Shown one piece after another: positions 18,391-28,842 of a DNA stretch of 64,000 nucleotides; positions within the stretch are counted from its first letter, which is position 1; each line of letters opens with the position of its first letter. The DNA is from a virus. Position numbers and translations under genes: made by a program. The DNA is taken from positions 23,740 through 87,739 of the IMG/VR virus record IMGVR_UViG_3300010399_000004. One strand, 5' to 3'. Under the pieces are notes generated by a model that worked only from the letters and a program-made list of their open reading frames with translations, made no database searches and was not told where the DNA came from.

Positions 18391-18996
18391 ATGTCCGAAT
18401 CCGTTGTAAATACCCTTATCAATGGTCTTTTCAGTTTGGTTGCCCTGATCGCCGGATATTTTTTCCGAATACTGTTGGTGTGGTATAAGGGCAAAGATTC
18501 CCGAAAGTTTGCCCACGTTATCGGCAGGGTCAAGGACGTGTATGGTCATATCGGGATTCTCAGAAGGGAAACAAAAGCTTTGCGGGTCCTGGTAGTAAAA
18601 GCCCACAACGGAGGGGGAAAACCCAAGCTTTCCGGCCCTCTTTACGCGTCTGTTCTTTATGGAGACTGGGAGCAGAACATGACAGATGCATCCGAATGGG
18701 TTAATCAGAGGCTGGACGAGGGATATGTAACTACACTAAATGATATGCTTGCTGCGGGGGAAGGATGGGTAGATATGCGGACTGAGAATCTAAAAGACGG
18801 ACAACTAAAGGATATGCTGGCTGCTGATAACGTGGAGCACGCTATGTTTTTTTGCCTGGCCCAGCTTCACGATTCCTTGCTGTATCTCAGCATCAATTTT
18901 GGAAACGCCAACGTAATGCAGGCGCGCCAGCGTTCTATTATACGCGAGATCGTAAACAATATGCGTGCGTTGTTCAAAGCAGAGCCGGTATCATAA
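18391..18996 (+). CDS. Membrane-anchored hypothetical protein (possible GAF-like domain)
   Basis: N-terminal TM helix. Confidence 0.6.
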   Translation: MSESVVNTLINGLFSLVALIAGYFFRILLVWYKGKDSRKFAHVIGRVKDVYGHIGILRRETKALRVLVVKAHNGGGKPKLSGPLYASVLYGDWEQNMTDASEWVNQRLDEGYVTTLNDMLAAGEGWVDMRTENLKDGQLKDMLAADNVEHAMFFCLAQLHDSLLYLSINFGNANVMQARQRSIIREIVNNMRALFKAEPVS

Positions 18997-19005
18997 TGCA
19001 ATACT

Positions 19006-19464
19006 ATGCCTCCCCCCGGTTCATCCAACGATAGATGGAATGTGGAAACACTACACATTCATTTAATGTCGTTGATAAGTGCCGCGGAGACTCTTAACAG
19101 TCAGCGATTCGGAGCGCAGGAGACGCAGGTAGGCACGGCTATGGTTGCGGCAGAGAAGGCGGTAAATGCCGCTCTGGCTTCATCAGACAAGGCTATTTCT
19201 GTGGCCAGCGTCATTGCTGAAAAGTGGCGGGAGAATGCCAACGAATGGCGGGGGGCTATGGAGGATAAAGATAAAACCTACGCCACCCTAGTAATGTTCA
19301 TAGCTCTTACAAAAGAACTGGATGCACTGACTTCCAGATTCAATAAAGGGGAATCGACTGCGCAGGGGGCGCATCAGGGCACTAGTAGAATCGGAGCTAC
19401 TATTCTTTATATATTAACGGCTGCTTCTCTTATCCTATCCGTTTTTACTTTCTTCCGTAAATAG
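19006..19464 (+). CDS. Coiled-coil protein with C-terminal TM helix
   Basis: Ala-rich helix, hydrophobic C-terminus. Confidence 0.6.
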   Translation: MPPPGSSNDRWNVETLHIHLMSLISAAETLNSQRFGAQETQVGTAMVAAEKAVNAALASSDKAISVASVIAEKWRENANEWRGAMEDKDKTYATLVMFIALTKELDALTSRFNKGESTAQGAHQGTSRIGATILYILTAASLILSVFTFFRK

Positions 19465-19470
19465 CTTCCT

Positions 19471-20409
19471 ATGTCCCAATGGAACTACAGACCATGCATT
19501 TGCCCTCGGCATCCAATAACAAGGATTCCGGCCCCTTCTTTACTGTTGGATAAAGCAAGGGAAAGCACCCCATTTGATAATGACTGGAATCAGAAAAAGC
19601 TCTTGAAGCTTATAGCTGATATGATTCGTGCTCACAGGGTAGCCGTTGCCCGCGGTGTAAAAGCTTTGGTGTTAAAGCTTTCGTTATTCTTTTCCCGGCA
19701 GTCCACAATGATTGAGGATGGGTTTCGCCTTAGCTATTCAAATCACTCTGGCAACCATCATGGCGCAGTAGTGTTGTCGGCAGATACGCACGAAGCGTTA
19801 TGGAGAGGAAATATCGAAAGGGTATTCAGAGCTACGGCCCTGGAGTTTGATGCTTTGCTTTTGAAAATTTTTCAAAGCACCGCAGATATTTCCTATGCCG
19901 CAACTTTGTCTCTGCTTGGATTGATCGAATCCATGATAGGCCGGGCGCGAGTAAATCAGCGGGTAAGAAGACTGCTTCAATCCAGTCCCGGAATACTGGA
20001 GACTGCAAAAATTCGCTGGTATTCTTTGATCCATAAATTTGTGCGGGAGGATAAGCTGGATGTGGCCCAAACCTTGGCAGCAACGATTAGAAAAATAGAT
20101 GAAACTACTCGCGCACATATCCCTACGATTGCCCGCACGGAAGCAGGAAGGGCGGCTGACGAGGGGCGTAAACAGGGACTAATAGACTCACAAAAGGTGA
20201 AAACTATATCAGTAATTGGCTGTCAGGCCCGCGAAAGGAATTCTCCGCAGTATCGGGGGGAATCTACATGCAACATCGAACGAGTGCCTATCTACGATAT
20301 TGATTTACTAGAGTTCCATCCTAACCATACTGGCACAATAGTTCCCTCAGAGTTTGTGGACCGCATACAGCCTCCGATTCCTGGGCTGGAAAGAGAGCCG
20401 GGGGAGTAA
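19471..20409 (+). CDS. Head morphogenesis protein (SPP1 gp7/Mu F-like)
   Basis: TIARTEAGRA and HPNH motifs; position after portal. Confidence 0.75.
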   Translation: MSQWNYRPCICPRHPITRIPAPSLLLDKARESTPFDNDWNQKKLLKLIADMIRAHRVAVARGVKALVLKLSLFFSRQSTMIEDGFRLSYSNHSGNHHGAVVLSADTHEALWRGNIERVFRATALEFDALLLKIFQSTADISYAATLSLLGLIESMIGRARVNQRVRRLLQSSPGILETAKIRWYSLIHKFVREDKLDVAQTLAATIRKIDETTRAHIPTIARTEAGRAADEGRKQGLIDSQKVKTISVIGCQARERNSPQYRGESTCNIERVPIYDIDLLEFHPNHTGTIVPSEFVDRIQPPIPGLEREPGE

Positions 20410-20458
20410 AAGATTTCCTTGCACCCCCTTCCTAATGTTGTAGATATAGGGCAAACTT

Positions 20459-21046
20459 ATGAATGCTTTTGTCCGCGCTCGCTATACTGGCCCACCTACC
20501 CGTCTCGGTTCTTATGGGTTTCTGAAAACAGGCACAGAGGTTTCTATATCCTGGCGTGACTGGCAATACATGGAAGACCATAACAAGGATGGACAGCCGG
20601 ATAATTTCGAAAAGCTGGGGGAATCAGATGTTTCGGAAGATTTGGTTCATCCTGATGTGGCTTTGGATATTCCTGTTGAATCTGAGTCCATTGGGAAAGA
20701 AGGGGGCGACGATGGTGTGCCTATCCGATTGGTGGAAGGAGATGAAGAGGATGAAGAGGAACTTACCCAAGAAGTGGGAGGGACTGAGTCCCTTAAATTG
20801 GTAGAAGAAAAAGAAGATGGGGAAACTGATAATTCGGAATCGGAACAATCCGAAGAGAAGACCGACGTTATTGCGGAAGATTCGGAAGAGCAAACTGTTG
20901 ACTCTTACGACGAGCTTACCGTTGCGCAGTTGAAAGAACAGCTTTCCCTCCGCGATAAAGAAATCCCCCACCGCGCTACCAAGAAAGAGCTTATCGCTTT
21001 GATTCAGGCTGCGGATGCAGAATTAGATAAAGCAGAACCCGCTTAA
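20459..21046 (+). CDS. Acidic protein with C-terminal HeH/Rho-N-like domain
   Basis: YDELTVAQLKEQL....ATKKELIALI. Confidence 0.65.
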   Translation: MNAFVRARYTGPPTRLGSYGFLKTGTEVSISWRDWQYMEDHNKDGQPDNFEKLGESDVSEDLVHPDVALDIPVESESIGKEGGDDGVPIRLVEGDEEDEEELTQEVGGTESLKLVEEKEDGETDNSESEQSEEKTDVIAEDSEEQTVDSYDELTVAQLKEQLSLRDKEIPHRATKKELIALIQAADAELDKAEPA

Positions 21047-21081
21047 CTGCGGAGTTTGAAAACTTTTCAAAACATAACATA

Positions 21082-21921
21082 ATGAAGAAACTCTTTGTTG
21101 GCCCCCGGCGCAAAGCTGCTCCGGCCCCTTCCATGAAAGGACATCCCGTTTTTATTGAGCAGGATGGACAAAAGATAGTGGCCGTTATATCCGAGGAGCT
21201 TTCTGGGGATAGACTTAGCATTGAGTTGACTTTGCCGGACGCTGATGGGGTTCTGCACAAAACGGGTTCTTTCCTAGTAATCGAAAAGTCTGCGGTCCGG
21301 AAAGGAGAGGATGTAGTTATCTCCCCAAACGATTACAAAATCAAAGAGTGGAGCGCCCAAACGGATATCGTAATCCCTGCGGATGAAAAAGCTCCTACCC
21401 CCGTGCGGGAAGGCGGGGAGGCTAAGGGCCGCGTTGTGGATTATGAGAATGTGACCATTACTGGATTCCTTTCTACGTTTGCTTCTACGACGCCAAGGGA
21501 CCGCGACGGGGATTATGTTATGGACGGAGCTTTCAATGCCACTTTGGCAGAGTTTAAGCGTAACCCTGTTATGTTGATTGACCATCGCAACGCGGTGGAC
21601 CATCTGGCAGGGAGCTTTACCAAGATAGGGGCCAATGCTCAGGGGCTGGCTATTGAAGGCAAGATTTCCAATGCCCCCGGCCTTTGCGATCTTCGTTTCA
21701 AGGTAGCGGAGGGGCATCTGAAAGCCCTTTCGATGGGGGGAATCTTCTATTACGATGACGACGGCCGGGGTATCAAAGAGGTTAAGCTTTTTGAAGGCTC
21801 CATCGTTCCCGTTCCCGCCAATCAGGATGCTTTGTTTTCTGTTCGTGCTTTGACCGCGGTTACAGCGGCCAAGCAATTCAGAGCTTTTTCCGTCTCTGGC
21901 AAATCTTTGGCCGTTGCGTAA
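21082..21921 (+). CDS. Prohead protease, HK97 family
   Basis: GFLSTF, DRDGD, MLIDH, LSMGG, LFEGSIVPVPAN. Confidence 0.92.
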   Translation: MKKLFVGPRRKAAPAPSMKGHPVFIEQDGQKIVAVISEELSGDRLSIELTLPDADGVLHKTGSFLVIEKSAVRKGEDVVISPNDYKIKEWSAQTDIVIPADEKAPTPVREGGEAKGRVVDYENVTITGFLSTFASTTPRDRDGDYVMDGAFNATLAEFKRNPVMLIDHRNAVDHLAGSFTKIGANAQGLAIEGKISNAPGLCDLRFKVAEGHLKALSMGGIFYYDDDGRGIKEVKLFEGSIVPVPANQDALFSVRALTAVTAAKQFRAFSVSGKSLAVA

Positions 21922-21955
21922 TTCATTTTCTTAACTACACCAATTTACTTTTTGT

Positions 21956-22939
21956 ATGACCATAGTTCCTTCTGTTTCTATCGACTTTCTGGCCAGAACT
22001 ACGGCTAATAACGTCAACATTTTGGATTCCTTCCGCGTGGGGATTACCAATGTAGTTCCAGAGTTTCCTGAATCCTGCAACCAGGTTGTAGCTAACGAAG
22101 TTGTCTTCGATGCGACAGATATAACCGATTGGGAGCTTTCTCTTTTGATGGGAGTCAGAAGTTCCTATACATCAGTTGAATCCGGGGCCGTGGTTAGTCC
22201 CTATTGGCGCAATGCCGACGGGGAAGTTGTTTTCCTTTCCAAGATATACGGCATTGTGGTTCAGTGCCTTGCCCACACCCCCACGGACGATGGAAGCCGG
22301 TCTGGGTGGACAGTGGCCATTCAGGATGCAGAAGTTCTTGATTTTGGAGAATTACTGACCCCCCTTCCTGATGTTGTAGGGTATGTGGACAGTGTAGGCA
22401 GCGTTTGGCTGCAAACGTTTCCTGACGGTCTGCTCATTACCTCCGCTACTCTTATAGCCATTACCCCTTTGCAGGATCAGATGGCTGGAAATTTTAGGAT
22501 TACCCTTTTAGGAGAATCTACAGAAAGCGAAGTATGGGCTCTGACCCCCTTCTTTAGTAGCATTACGGGAGTGCATGCTACAAACGTAATTACTGCAACG
22601 GGGCATACATTTGAAAACGATGACGCAGTTATGCTTCCTACTTTAACAGGGGGTGGACCGGAAATAGAGGTTGATACTATCTATTATATAGGAGACGTAT
22701 CCGGCGATACGTTCAAACTATACGACGCTCTGGGTGGAAGCATTATCAATTTTTCTGCCACGATTACAGATGGCTCTATAATGCTGGAAGCTGGAAGATA
22801 TCGTGTAGGGGATTTGGTTACTCAGGACGGTGTGTTATTTAAGCAATGGCTTTGCACCGTCGCGCACTACTCTTCTGCTGTATTTGAGCCAGGAGTTGGA
22901 GGAGACTGGGAAGATGTTTGGCAGGATGTAACCAATTGA
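21956..22939 (+). CDS. Putative virion protein with C-terminal CBM5/12-like module
   Basis: YRVGDLV..W.C..AH.S..PG..W..VW. Confidence 0.55.
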   Translation: MTIVPSVSIDFLARTTANNVNILDSFRVGITNVVPEFPESCNQVVANEVVFDATDITDWELSLLMGVRSSYTSVESGAVVSPYWRNADGEVVFLSKIYGIVVQCLAHTPTDDGSRSGWTVAIQDAEVLDFGELLTPLPDVVGYVDSVGSVWLQTFPDGLLITSATLIAITPLQDQMAGNFRITLLGESTESEVWALTPFFSSITGVHATNVITATGHTFENDDAVMLPTLTGGGPEIEVDTIYYIGDVSGDTFKLYDALGGSIINFSATITDGSIMLEAGRYRVGDLVTQDGVLFKQWLCTVAHYSSAVFEPGVGGDWEDVWQDVTN

Positions 22940-22953
22940 TTTTTACTGATTTT

Positions 22954-23574
22954 ATGACTAAAGACCAAGCCATTACAGAAGCGGTCAAGCTTCTAAAAGA
23001 AAAGCAAAGTGGGAATTTGTCTGACGATGAGTTTTCTTCGCAAATCGAATCTTTAGCTGCGGGGATTGGAATATCACCAAACTCCCGATTGGTGAAGCTG
23101 GCGGAATTGAGGATCAATAATGTGCAAGCTCCGAAGCAAAGAACGCAGAAACAAGACCTTGCTGTAAACTTTACGGCCCCGCCTTCTCAAGCTCGGGATG
23201 AAACTCCAAAGGTAGGACCTTTCTCGTTGATAAAAGAAGGAGTTTCCGACGAAGATGGGGGGCTTGTATTCTCTGATCTTCCCCCCGGAGAACGATTTGT
23301 TATTATCAATCTCCCATCAAACGGAGTTTCCTATGGTCCCCAGCCTGATGCCATAATGGGGGGAGGGACGGTGCGCAGAACCTTTACAGCGGTGGCAACT
23401 TTTTTTCCTGGTCAGGCACAGATACCTCTCTCGAAGGGGCCGGTTGGCCCTGTGCCGGATGCTCTCCTCATTGATACCAAAATTCACCCGGTTATTCGCA
23501 CAGGGAAGGCGCAGGAGCCTTCCGAAACGCAAAAGGAAGGAGAAGACCTTGCCGGGGAGGATGTCCCTTCTTAG
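22954..23574 (+). CDS. Hypothetical protein
   Basis: ORF followed by terminator. Confidence 0.6.
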   Translation: MTKDQAITEAVKLLKEKQSGNLSDDEFSSQIESLAAGIGISPNSRLVKLAELRINNVQAPKQRTQKQDLAVNFTAPPSQARDETPKVGPFSLIKEGVSDEDGGLVFSDLPPGERFVIINLPSNGVSYGPQPDAIMGGGTVRRTFTAVATFFPGQAQIPLSKGPVGPVPDALLIDTKIHPVIRTGKAQEPSETQKEGEDLAGEDVPS

Positions 23575-23613
23575 AGGCTCCTACGCGTTCTTTTTTCCTG
23601 GGGTTGCAGAAAT

Positions 23614-23648
23614 AACCCGGTCCCGTTTTAAGCGGGACCGGGTTTTTT
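23614..23648 (+). terminator. Intrinsic terminator
   Basis: AACCCGGTCCCG/CGGGACCGGGTT hairpin plus T run. Confidence 0.85.
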
Positions 23649-23817
23649 ATTGTATTGGAATATAAAAAGGATAAAAAGGATTTGAAAACTTTTCAAATCG
23701 TGGTGTTGTAGGCGCGTCGGCCAGCTTCATGCAAAACAGAAACCGCCAGTGGGAGTAATGCCAGCCTGTCTGCCCGCCTTCCCAATAAACAACCAAAACA
23801 CAATCATACGTAACTAA

Positions 23818-25533
23818 ATGAAAACTGCACAGATTGCACGTCTCAAAGCTCTCCTGGCGAAGGGTGAAACTCTCACTGGCGATGAAGCCAAGGAATTGCT
23901 CAAACTCAAGACCCTCGCGGCCAAGAGTAAGTTCGATCCGGAAACCGGGGAGGCAATTGTTGGCGATGCCAACAAAGATAACAAGGATGAACCCGACGAA
24001 GGGCTTAGCGAGGAAGCCGTCAAAACGCTGGTAGCTGAATCCACTGCCAAGGCTTTTGAGGGCATCGGCTTGGACAAAGAAACAGTCAAAGCGCTCAAGG
24101 ATCGTCTTGAGCAGAATACGGTTTCCACCCCAGAAGAAATCCAAAAGGCCATCAAGGACGTTCTTGGTGGAGAGAATGTGGACATGAAGGCGCTGGCGGA
24201 AGCTATAAAAAAGGGCCTGCCCGCCTCTGCTCTAACGGAAGAAAAAGTCAAAGGTTTGCTTACGCAGATGTTTGATGAATTCAAGACTTCCCAGCGCAAG
24301 GAATCCAAGATGGCTTTTCCCAGTGGCGAAGCCAATTTCCCCATTGAGCATCGTTCCGGCAATATGACGGTTGCCGCCAAACAGCTTCTCAATATCTGCA
24401 TGATGCATGTAGGGGAGGAGGGTCTGGCCAAGTCCGATGGTGGCCGCGGCATCAAGCGTCCCACAAGCATGAATGATGGTATTACTGACGAACAAATCAA
24501 AGCCGCCGTTCGCAGCGGAGATATGTTCGCCAAGCAGGTGCGTCAGGAATGTGTCTATGGCCGCAAAACCGCTATCACTGCGGGCGGAACTGGAACCGGT
24601 GCCGAATTCGTCAATACGGACCTGTCCAGCGATTTGCAGGCTCGGATGTATATGGAATCTCAACTCGCCTCCTTCCTGGTGGCCAGTGAGATTACCATGC
24701 CGTCCAACCCGTTCAAGCTTCCGCTGAGCACTTCCCGGCCCACGTTCTATAAGGGGTCGGAAGGGGGCACCCCAACGGTTTCCAATCCAGGGACTGCGGC
24801 TATCACGCTGGATGCGCAAAAGCTCATTGGTTACTGCGAATACTCTTATGAAGCGGACGAGGATGCTATTATTGCTATCCTTCCCTGGATGCAGGAAATG
24901 CTTGCCAAAGCCGCCGCGGAAGCGCTTGAGGACGCCTTCATCAATGGGGATACTACTGGCTCCCACATGGACTCTGATGTGACCGGGGCCACGGATGCCC
25001 GCAAGCTCTTCAAGGGTCTGCGCTACTACGCCAAGGCCGTTGCAGCGCTCAAGGTGTCCTTCGCTACCGGCGGTATCACCAGCGCCAATATCGGGGCTCT
25101 CCGCAAGGCAATGGGTAAATACGGCATGAAACCGGCGGATATGTTCCTGCTATGCGGAACTTCCGGCTACAACGATATTGTTCTTCTGGCCGAAACCCTG
25201 ACCGCGGAGAAAGCGGGGGCAGCGGCCCGTATTCTTACGGGTAACGCTCCTCAAATATTTGGTATTCCGATCATCCCCTCTTCCAAGATGCGGGAAGACC
25301 TTAATGCCTCCGGGGTTTACGACGGGTCCACCGTTACCAAGGGTTCCCTCCTGCTAGTCCACCGGCCAGCATGGTATGTTGGCGTGAAGCGCGGACTGAT
25401 GATTGAAGTCGATACGAACAAACTCACTCAGGTCAACCAGGTGATCGCTTCGTTCCGTCGGGACTTCAAGCCCCGCGAAACACCTTCAGCTACTGAACAG
25501 ACAGTTGTGTTAGGATATAACTTCACAGCTTGA
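23818..25533 (+). CDS. Major capsid protein, HK97 fold, long N-terminal delta/scaffold region
   Basis: Charged helical N-terminus; AFINGD and IFGIPII motifs; downstream of protease. Confidence 0.92.
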   Translation: MKTAQIARLKALLAKGETLTGDEAKELLKLKTLAAKSKFDPETGEAIVGDANKDNKDEPDEGLSEEAVKTLVAESTAKAFEGIGLDKETVKALKDRLEQNTVSTPEEIQKAIKDVLGGENVDMKALAEAIKKGLPASALTEEKVKGLLTQMFDEFKTSQRKESKMAFPSGEANFPIEHRSGNMTVAAKQLLNICMMHVGEEGLAKSDGGRGIKRPTSMNDGITDEQIKAAVRSGDMFAKQVRQECVYGRKTAITAGGTGTGAEFVNTDLSSDLQARMYMESQLASFLVASEITMPSNPFKLPLSTSRPTFYKGSEGGTPTVSNPGTAAITLDAQKLIGYCEYSYEADEDAIIAILPWMQEMLAKAAAEALEDAFINGDTTGSHMDSDVTGATDARKLFKGLRYYAKAVAALKVSFATGGITSANIGALRKAMGKYGMKPADMFLLCGTSGYNDIVLLAETLTAEKAGAAARILTGNAPQIFGIPIIPSSKMREDLNASGVYDGSTVTKGSLLLVHRPAWYVGVKRGLMIEVDTNKLTQVNQVIASFRRDFKPRETPSATEQTVVLGYNFTA

Positions 25534-25602
25534 TCCTAAACTACTGGGCACTGACAGTTGAAAACTGTGTGGTGGTTCCAGTGTGTAGCACCACTACGCG
25601 AC

Positions 25603-25642
25603 AGCCCCCGCCTTCCATGAGAAGGCGGGGGTTTGTTGTTTT
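25603..25642 (+). terminator. Intrinsic terminator after MCP
   Basis: CCCCCGCCTTC/GAAGGCGGGGG hairpin plus T-rich tail. Confidence 0.8.
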
Positions 25643-25646
25643 GAGG

Positions 25647-25919
25647 TTATGGCCCAACTATACAGTCCCCCGGTTCGGTTTTGGCGAGAGCTTCCTCGAA
25701 GGTTCCAGCTTTTGCCTTGAGATTCCACCCCGGCCGGTTGCTTGTCGGAATCAGGTGTTCTTCCCAAATTTGATAAATTGGCGAGTCTTGAAATTGTATA
25801 TTGGCCTGAATTGAATAACAAAGCAGGCTTGAGCCAGGAGATTCCATCGCGGTTCCGGAACGCGATAGGTAGCCAATACTTACATCTGAGAGGGTTTTGA
25901 GTGACGGAAGAGCGTTCAT
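25647..25919 (-). CDS. Hypothetical protein, antisense moron-like insert
   Basis: Has own minus-strand promoter of the conserved TTTACA class. Confidence 0.65.
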   Translation of the reverse strand: MNALPSLKTLSDVSIGYLSRSGTAMESPGSSLLCYSIQANIQFQDSPIYQIWEEHLIPTSNRPGWNLKAKAGTFEEALAKTEPGDCIVGP

Positions 25920-25931
25920 TATTACTTTTAG

Positions 25932-25980
25932 TTTGGATTACGGGAACAGAATACCAGAAATAGTTCTTTTGTAAAGTGAA
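25932..25980 (-). promoter_or_regulatory. Promoter TTTACA-N16-TATTCT-N5-CGTAATCCAAA
   Basis: Same pattern at 28854-28897 (-), 48533-48576 (+), 60983-61026 (+); partial at 44186. Confidence 0.8.
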
Positions 25981-26062
25981 ATCTGAAACTTTTCGTCAAA
26001 TTTTCGCAGATTGACTCCCGGAAGGGAACGTGTATGCTCTCGTTACACACATTCAGAACATC

Positions 26063-26449
26063 ATGATTCGCTGCAAATATAAAGGGAAGGAACCGCAAAA
26101 TCTGGCCGTCGGCCCCGTCGTTAAGGGGTCCATTATTATGCTTCATGAGGAAGAAGCATTTACTCTGCGGGAGGATGCGCAGTGGGAATTGATGCCAGAA
26201 GCTTTTCCTCCCGGAGTTCCTGAGAATCTGCGGCCGATTCGTGGGAAGCATTTCGATTTGACTTCCCTTCCCTGGAAGAACAAAAGGTTATTCAATGCGG
26301 TCAAAACTTTGGGCCGTTCTGTTCTTGTAAAGGGGTTGGCACAGATGGAAGCTTTGGGGTTGCCGGTCCCTCCAATCAGTAATACCAACGATACCGCAGA
26401 TTTGCGGGAAACGTTTCTTGAGTTGGGGAGGAAAGCTGCCTGGATTTGA
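26063..26449 (+). CDS. Hypothetical protein in head module
   Basis: ORF; stop inside palindrome. Confidence 0.6.
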   Translation: MIRCKYKGKEPQNLAVGPVVKGSIIMLHEEEAFTLREDAQWELMPEAFPPGVPENLRPIRGKHFDLTSLPWKNKRLFNAVKTLGRSVLVKGLAQMEALGLPVPPISNTNDTADLRETFLELGRKAAWI

Positions 26450-26474
26450 AAACTTTTCAAAATAAATAACTAAA

Positions 26475-26669
26475 ATGAACGTAAACAAAGCAACCGCGGA
26501 GCGGGCTATTGAATTCCTCCCTTCCGAAGATCAGGCAGAATTTCGCAAGAGGCTTCAACGCTGCAATACTCCGCTTTCTTTGGAGGAGTTACATAAGGAC
26601 GTGCTCCGCCGTCTCAAGCAAAGCGGAACGCAGCAACACAAAGGCTCCCGCCCTTCTGCGGTGAAGTAA
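26475..26669 (+). CDS. Hypothetical protein
   Basis: ORF abutting next gene. Confidence 0.55.
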   Translation: MNVNKATAERAIEFLPSEDQAEFRKRLQRCNTPLSLEELHKDVLRRLKQSGTQQHKGSRPSAVK

Positions 26670-27362
26670 ATGGCTACAACCTTATTTTATCCTTACACGT
26701 CTTTGGCTGCGGTGCAGCAGGAGACAAAGAACCGGGACTCTGATAAAGAGGACTGGTTTAAGGAATGCATCAATAATGCTTCACGCATTATTGAAGAGGA
26801 GTTGCGCCGGGATTTTCGATTTCACGATCATACCTCTTCTGCCCTTACTGTAAAATCATCGTGGTTTGCCGGACAGGAAATATTTCTCCCCTGGCCAATC
26901 TTAACTTTGACGGAGGTTAAAATCAATGAAGATGATGCTCTATCTTCGGACGATTATATTTATGAAAATGGAGCGTTGAATAAAGGAAATGCCGTTATTC
27001 GGAGGCGGGGGGCAGGCTGGGGCAGCGATGCTGATGTAATAATTATCGGTGGAAGTTTATTTGATTCCGAGGAGTATGGTTCTCTTGATAGACCAACGAA
27101 AGCCTATCCCGATAGAACACTTACCAAGGTTTATTTGAAAGGAACCTTTGGCTATGCGTTGGTTAGTTCAAGCACAGCAGTTACTCCTGTGGATATCCCA
27201 GAGAAAGTAAAACGAGCCGCTACGCTAACCGCTGCCGCAATTTCAGGTTACATGAGAAAGGAAATCATGGGAATGGATGGGGAGCGTCAAAGCCTTATGG
27301 ATACCCGTATTCCTCCCGCGGCATGGGCCTTGATAAAAAATCTAAAGGTTACAGTTTTGTGA
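26670..27362 (+). CDS. Head-tail adaptor
   Basis: YTSLAAV..INNASRIIE..R.F and FGY..IP..VK.A pattern; synteny. Confidence 0.7.
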   Translation: MATTLFYPYTSLAAVQQETKNRDSDKEDWFKECINNASRIIEEELRRDFRFHDHTSSALTVKSSWFAGQEIFLPWPILTLTEVKINEDDALSSDDYIYENGALNKGNAVIRRRGAGWGSDADVIIIGGSLFDSEEYGSLDRPTKAYPDRTLTKVYLKGTFGYALVSSSTAVTPVDIPEKVKRAATLTAAAISGYMRKEIMGMDGERQSLMDTRIPPAAWALIKNLKVTVL

Positions 27363-27844
27363 ATATCAGTGTAAAGGTGTCTGCGGGGAAACTTTTAGGC
27401 AAGATTGCCAGATTACGAGATACTCTGCAAACAACTACACAAAAAACGGTATTGGAAAAGGAAGCCAAGCTTTCCTTGCGCAGATTGAAATATGCCACTC
27501 CCGTTCGATGGACTGGGAAGACCCGCAAGGCGTGGAGAATAGAACATGCTTCTCGTGCCCGCAGTTATGGGTTTCGGATTATAAACGATACCAAGGAAAT
27601 GCTGTTTCTTGAAAAAGGAACAAAAGCGCATGGACCAAAGCGGGCCAAGTTTCTCTATATACCGCTTAATCGCCGGGCGGCCCGAGGCTGGTCCCCTTCC
27701 CTGAAAATAGGCAGAGACTACATTCTCAAGAAATGGGTTCGCGGAATTCGTGCTATGCATATCGTAGAGAAAGAGCGTAAAAAGACCAAAGCGAGGTTGA
27801 AGGATTCCATGAGGGAGTATATTAGCTTTGTAATCAAATCCTGA
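27359..27844 (+). CDS. HK97 gp10-like tail completion/neck protein
   Basis: TPVRWTG..R..W, FLEKGT..H; basic. Confidence 0.7.
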   Translation: MNISVKVSAGKLLGKIARLRDTLQTTTQKTVLEKEAKLSLRRLKYATPVRWTGKTRKAWRIEHASRARSYGFRIINDTKEMLFLEKGTKAHGPKRAKFLYIPLNRRAARGWSPSLKIGRDYILKKWVRGIRAMHIVEKERKKTKARLKDSMREYISFVIKS

Positions 27845-27854
27845 TTAAACGCTG

Positions 27855-28388
27855 ATGCCTGCTACTCTATCAGATATTCCATTTTCGATCCGCCCACTTT
27901 GGGTTATCGACAAGCGGCTTACTTTCCATACAGGAACTAGCCGAATGTTGGATGGATTGACTTTCAAAAGAGAAGGAAATTTTGAAGCGAAAGGTAAACA
28001 GGATTTGCCTTATGTGCAATGGTATGGATTGGAGGACGAGGAAGATTGGACCGCGGGGGCAGGCACCCCTGTTAAAAGCGAAAGGAAGCTGCTGCTGGAA
28101 ATATGTGCTTTTCGGGCCTATGGAATGTTTCGCAGGGACCCTACTGCCGCACTGGCCGACTCTGATACGATGGGGGGAGGTAAGGGGGTTCTGGAGTGGG
28201 TGGAGCTTGTCCGGGATGCCATCGAAACCAAGACTACGGGAGAAACTGATCCGCTATTGGATGGAACACAAAGTCGCCCCATATTAACAGCTATAAGAGA
28301 ACAAACTCCTTCCGATCTGGGATGGTCATTTCTATTGGAAGTAACCGTAACCATTGATTCCATGTGCCGGGGGATGCGATCCTTATAG
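27855..28388 (+). CDS. Putative tail terminator
   Basis: Synteny, LPYV motif. Confidence 0.5.
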   Translation: MPATLSDIPFSIRPLWVIDKRLTFHTGTSRMLDGLTFKREGNFEAKGKQDLPYVQWYGLEDEEDWTAGAGTPVKSERKLLLEICAFRAYGMFRRDPTAALADSDTMGGGKGVLEWVELVRDAIETKTTGETDPLLDGTQSRPILTAIREQTPSDLGWSFLLEVTVTIDSMCRGMRSL

Positions 28389-28389
28389 C

Positions 28390-28842
28390 TTAGTCTATCC
28401 AGTCAAATACGACTAGGTCGCAATAAAGTTCTCCATCGTCTCTATGAAAATGAGTAGAATCTCTTCCCCTTGTATCCACATATTTGTAGGGGGCGTAATC
28501 TTTTTGAGTTTTTGCAGTTTTACTAAACTGAGATAGAAAATCTGCCTTCCTTGGATCGTTTCTACGGTAGTTGATTAAGCGTCCAACTTCTTTCTGTTTG
28601 TGAAATGTAATTTCGGGTGGACCGTAAGCTTCGGTCATATCCTTCATCCATTTTCGGAAATAGAATAGTTTTAAGATATCCCTGCTTAGCTCACTTCGTA
28701 AATCTGGTTTTGCTCCGGAAAAGGTTCCCAGAGAGTAACCGAATGGAACGCTGAGTCGCATTAACCACGTAAGGCATGTTCCCGTGTTTCGGGTTTCAGT
28801 GCTTGGGATGATTTGGTTTGTGAGTTGGATTTGATTTTTCAT
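28390..28842 (-). CDS. Hypothetical protein, antisense moron-like insert
   Basis: 150-aa ORF preceded by conserved TTTACA/TATTCT promoter. Confidence 0.7.
   Translation of the reverse strand: MKNQIQLTNQIIPSTETRNTGTCLTWLMRLSVPFGYSLGTFSGAKPDLRSELSRDILKLFYFRKWMKDMTEAYGPPEITFHKQKEVGRLINYRRNDPRKADFLSQFSKTAKTQKDYAPYKYVDTRGRDSTHFHRDDGELYCDLVVFDWID

Noticed and set aside
23647-24966. Several long minus-strand ORFs
   Set aside because: Shadows of the codon-biased capsid gene
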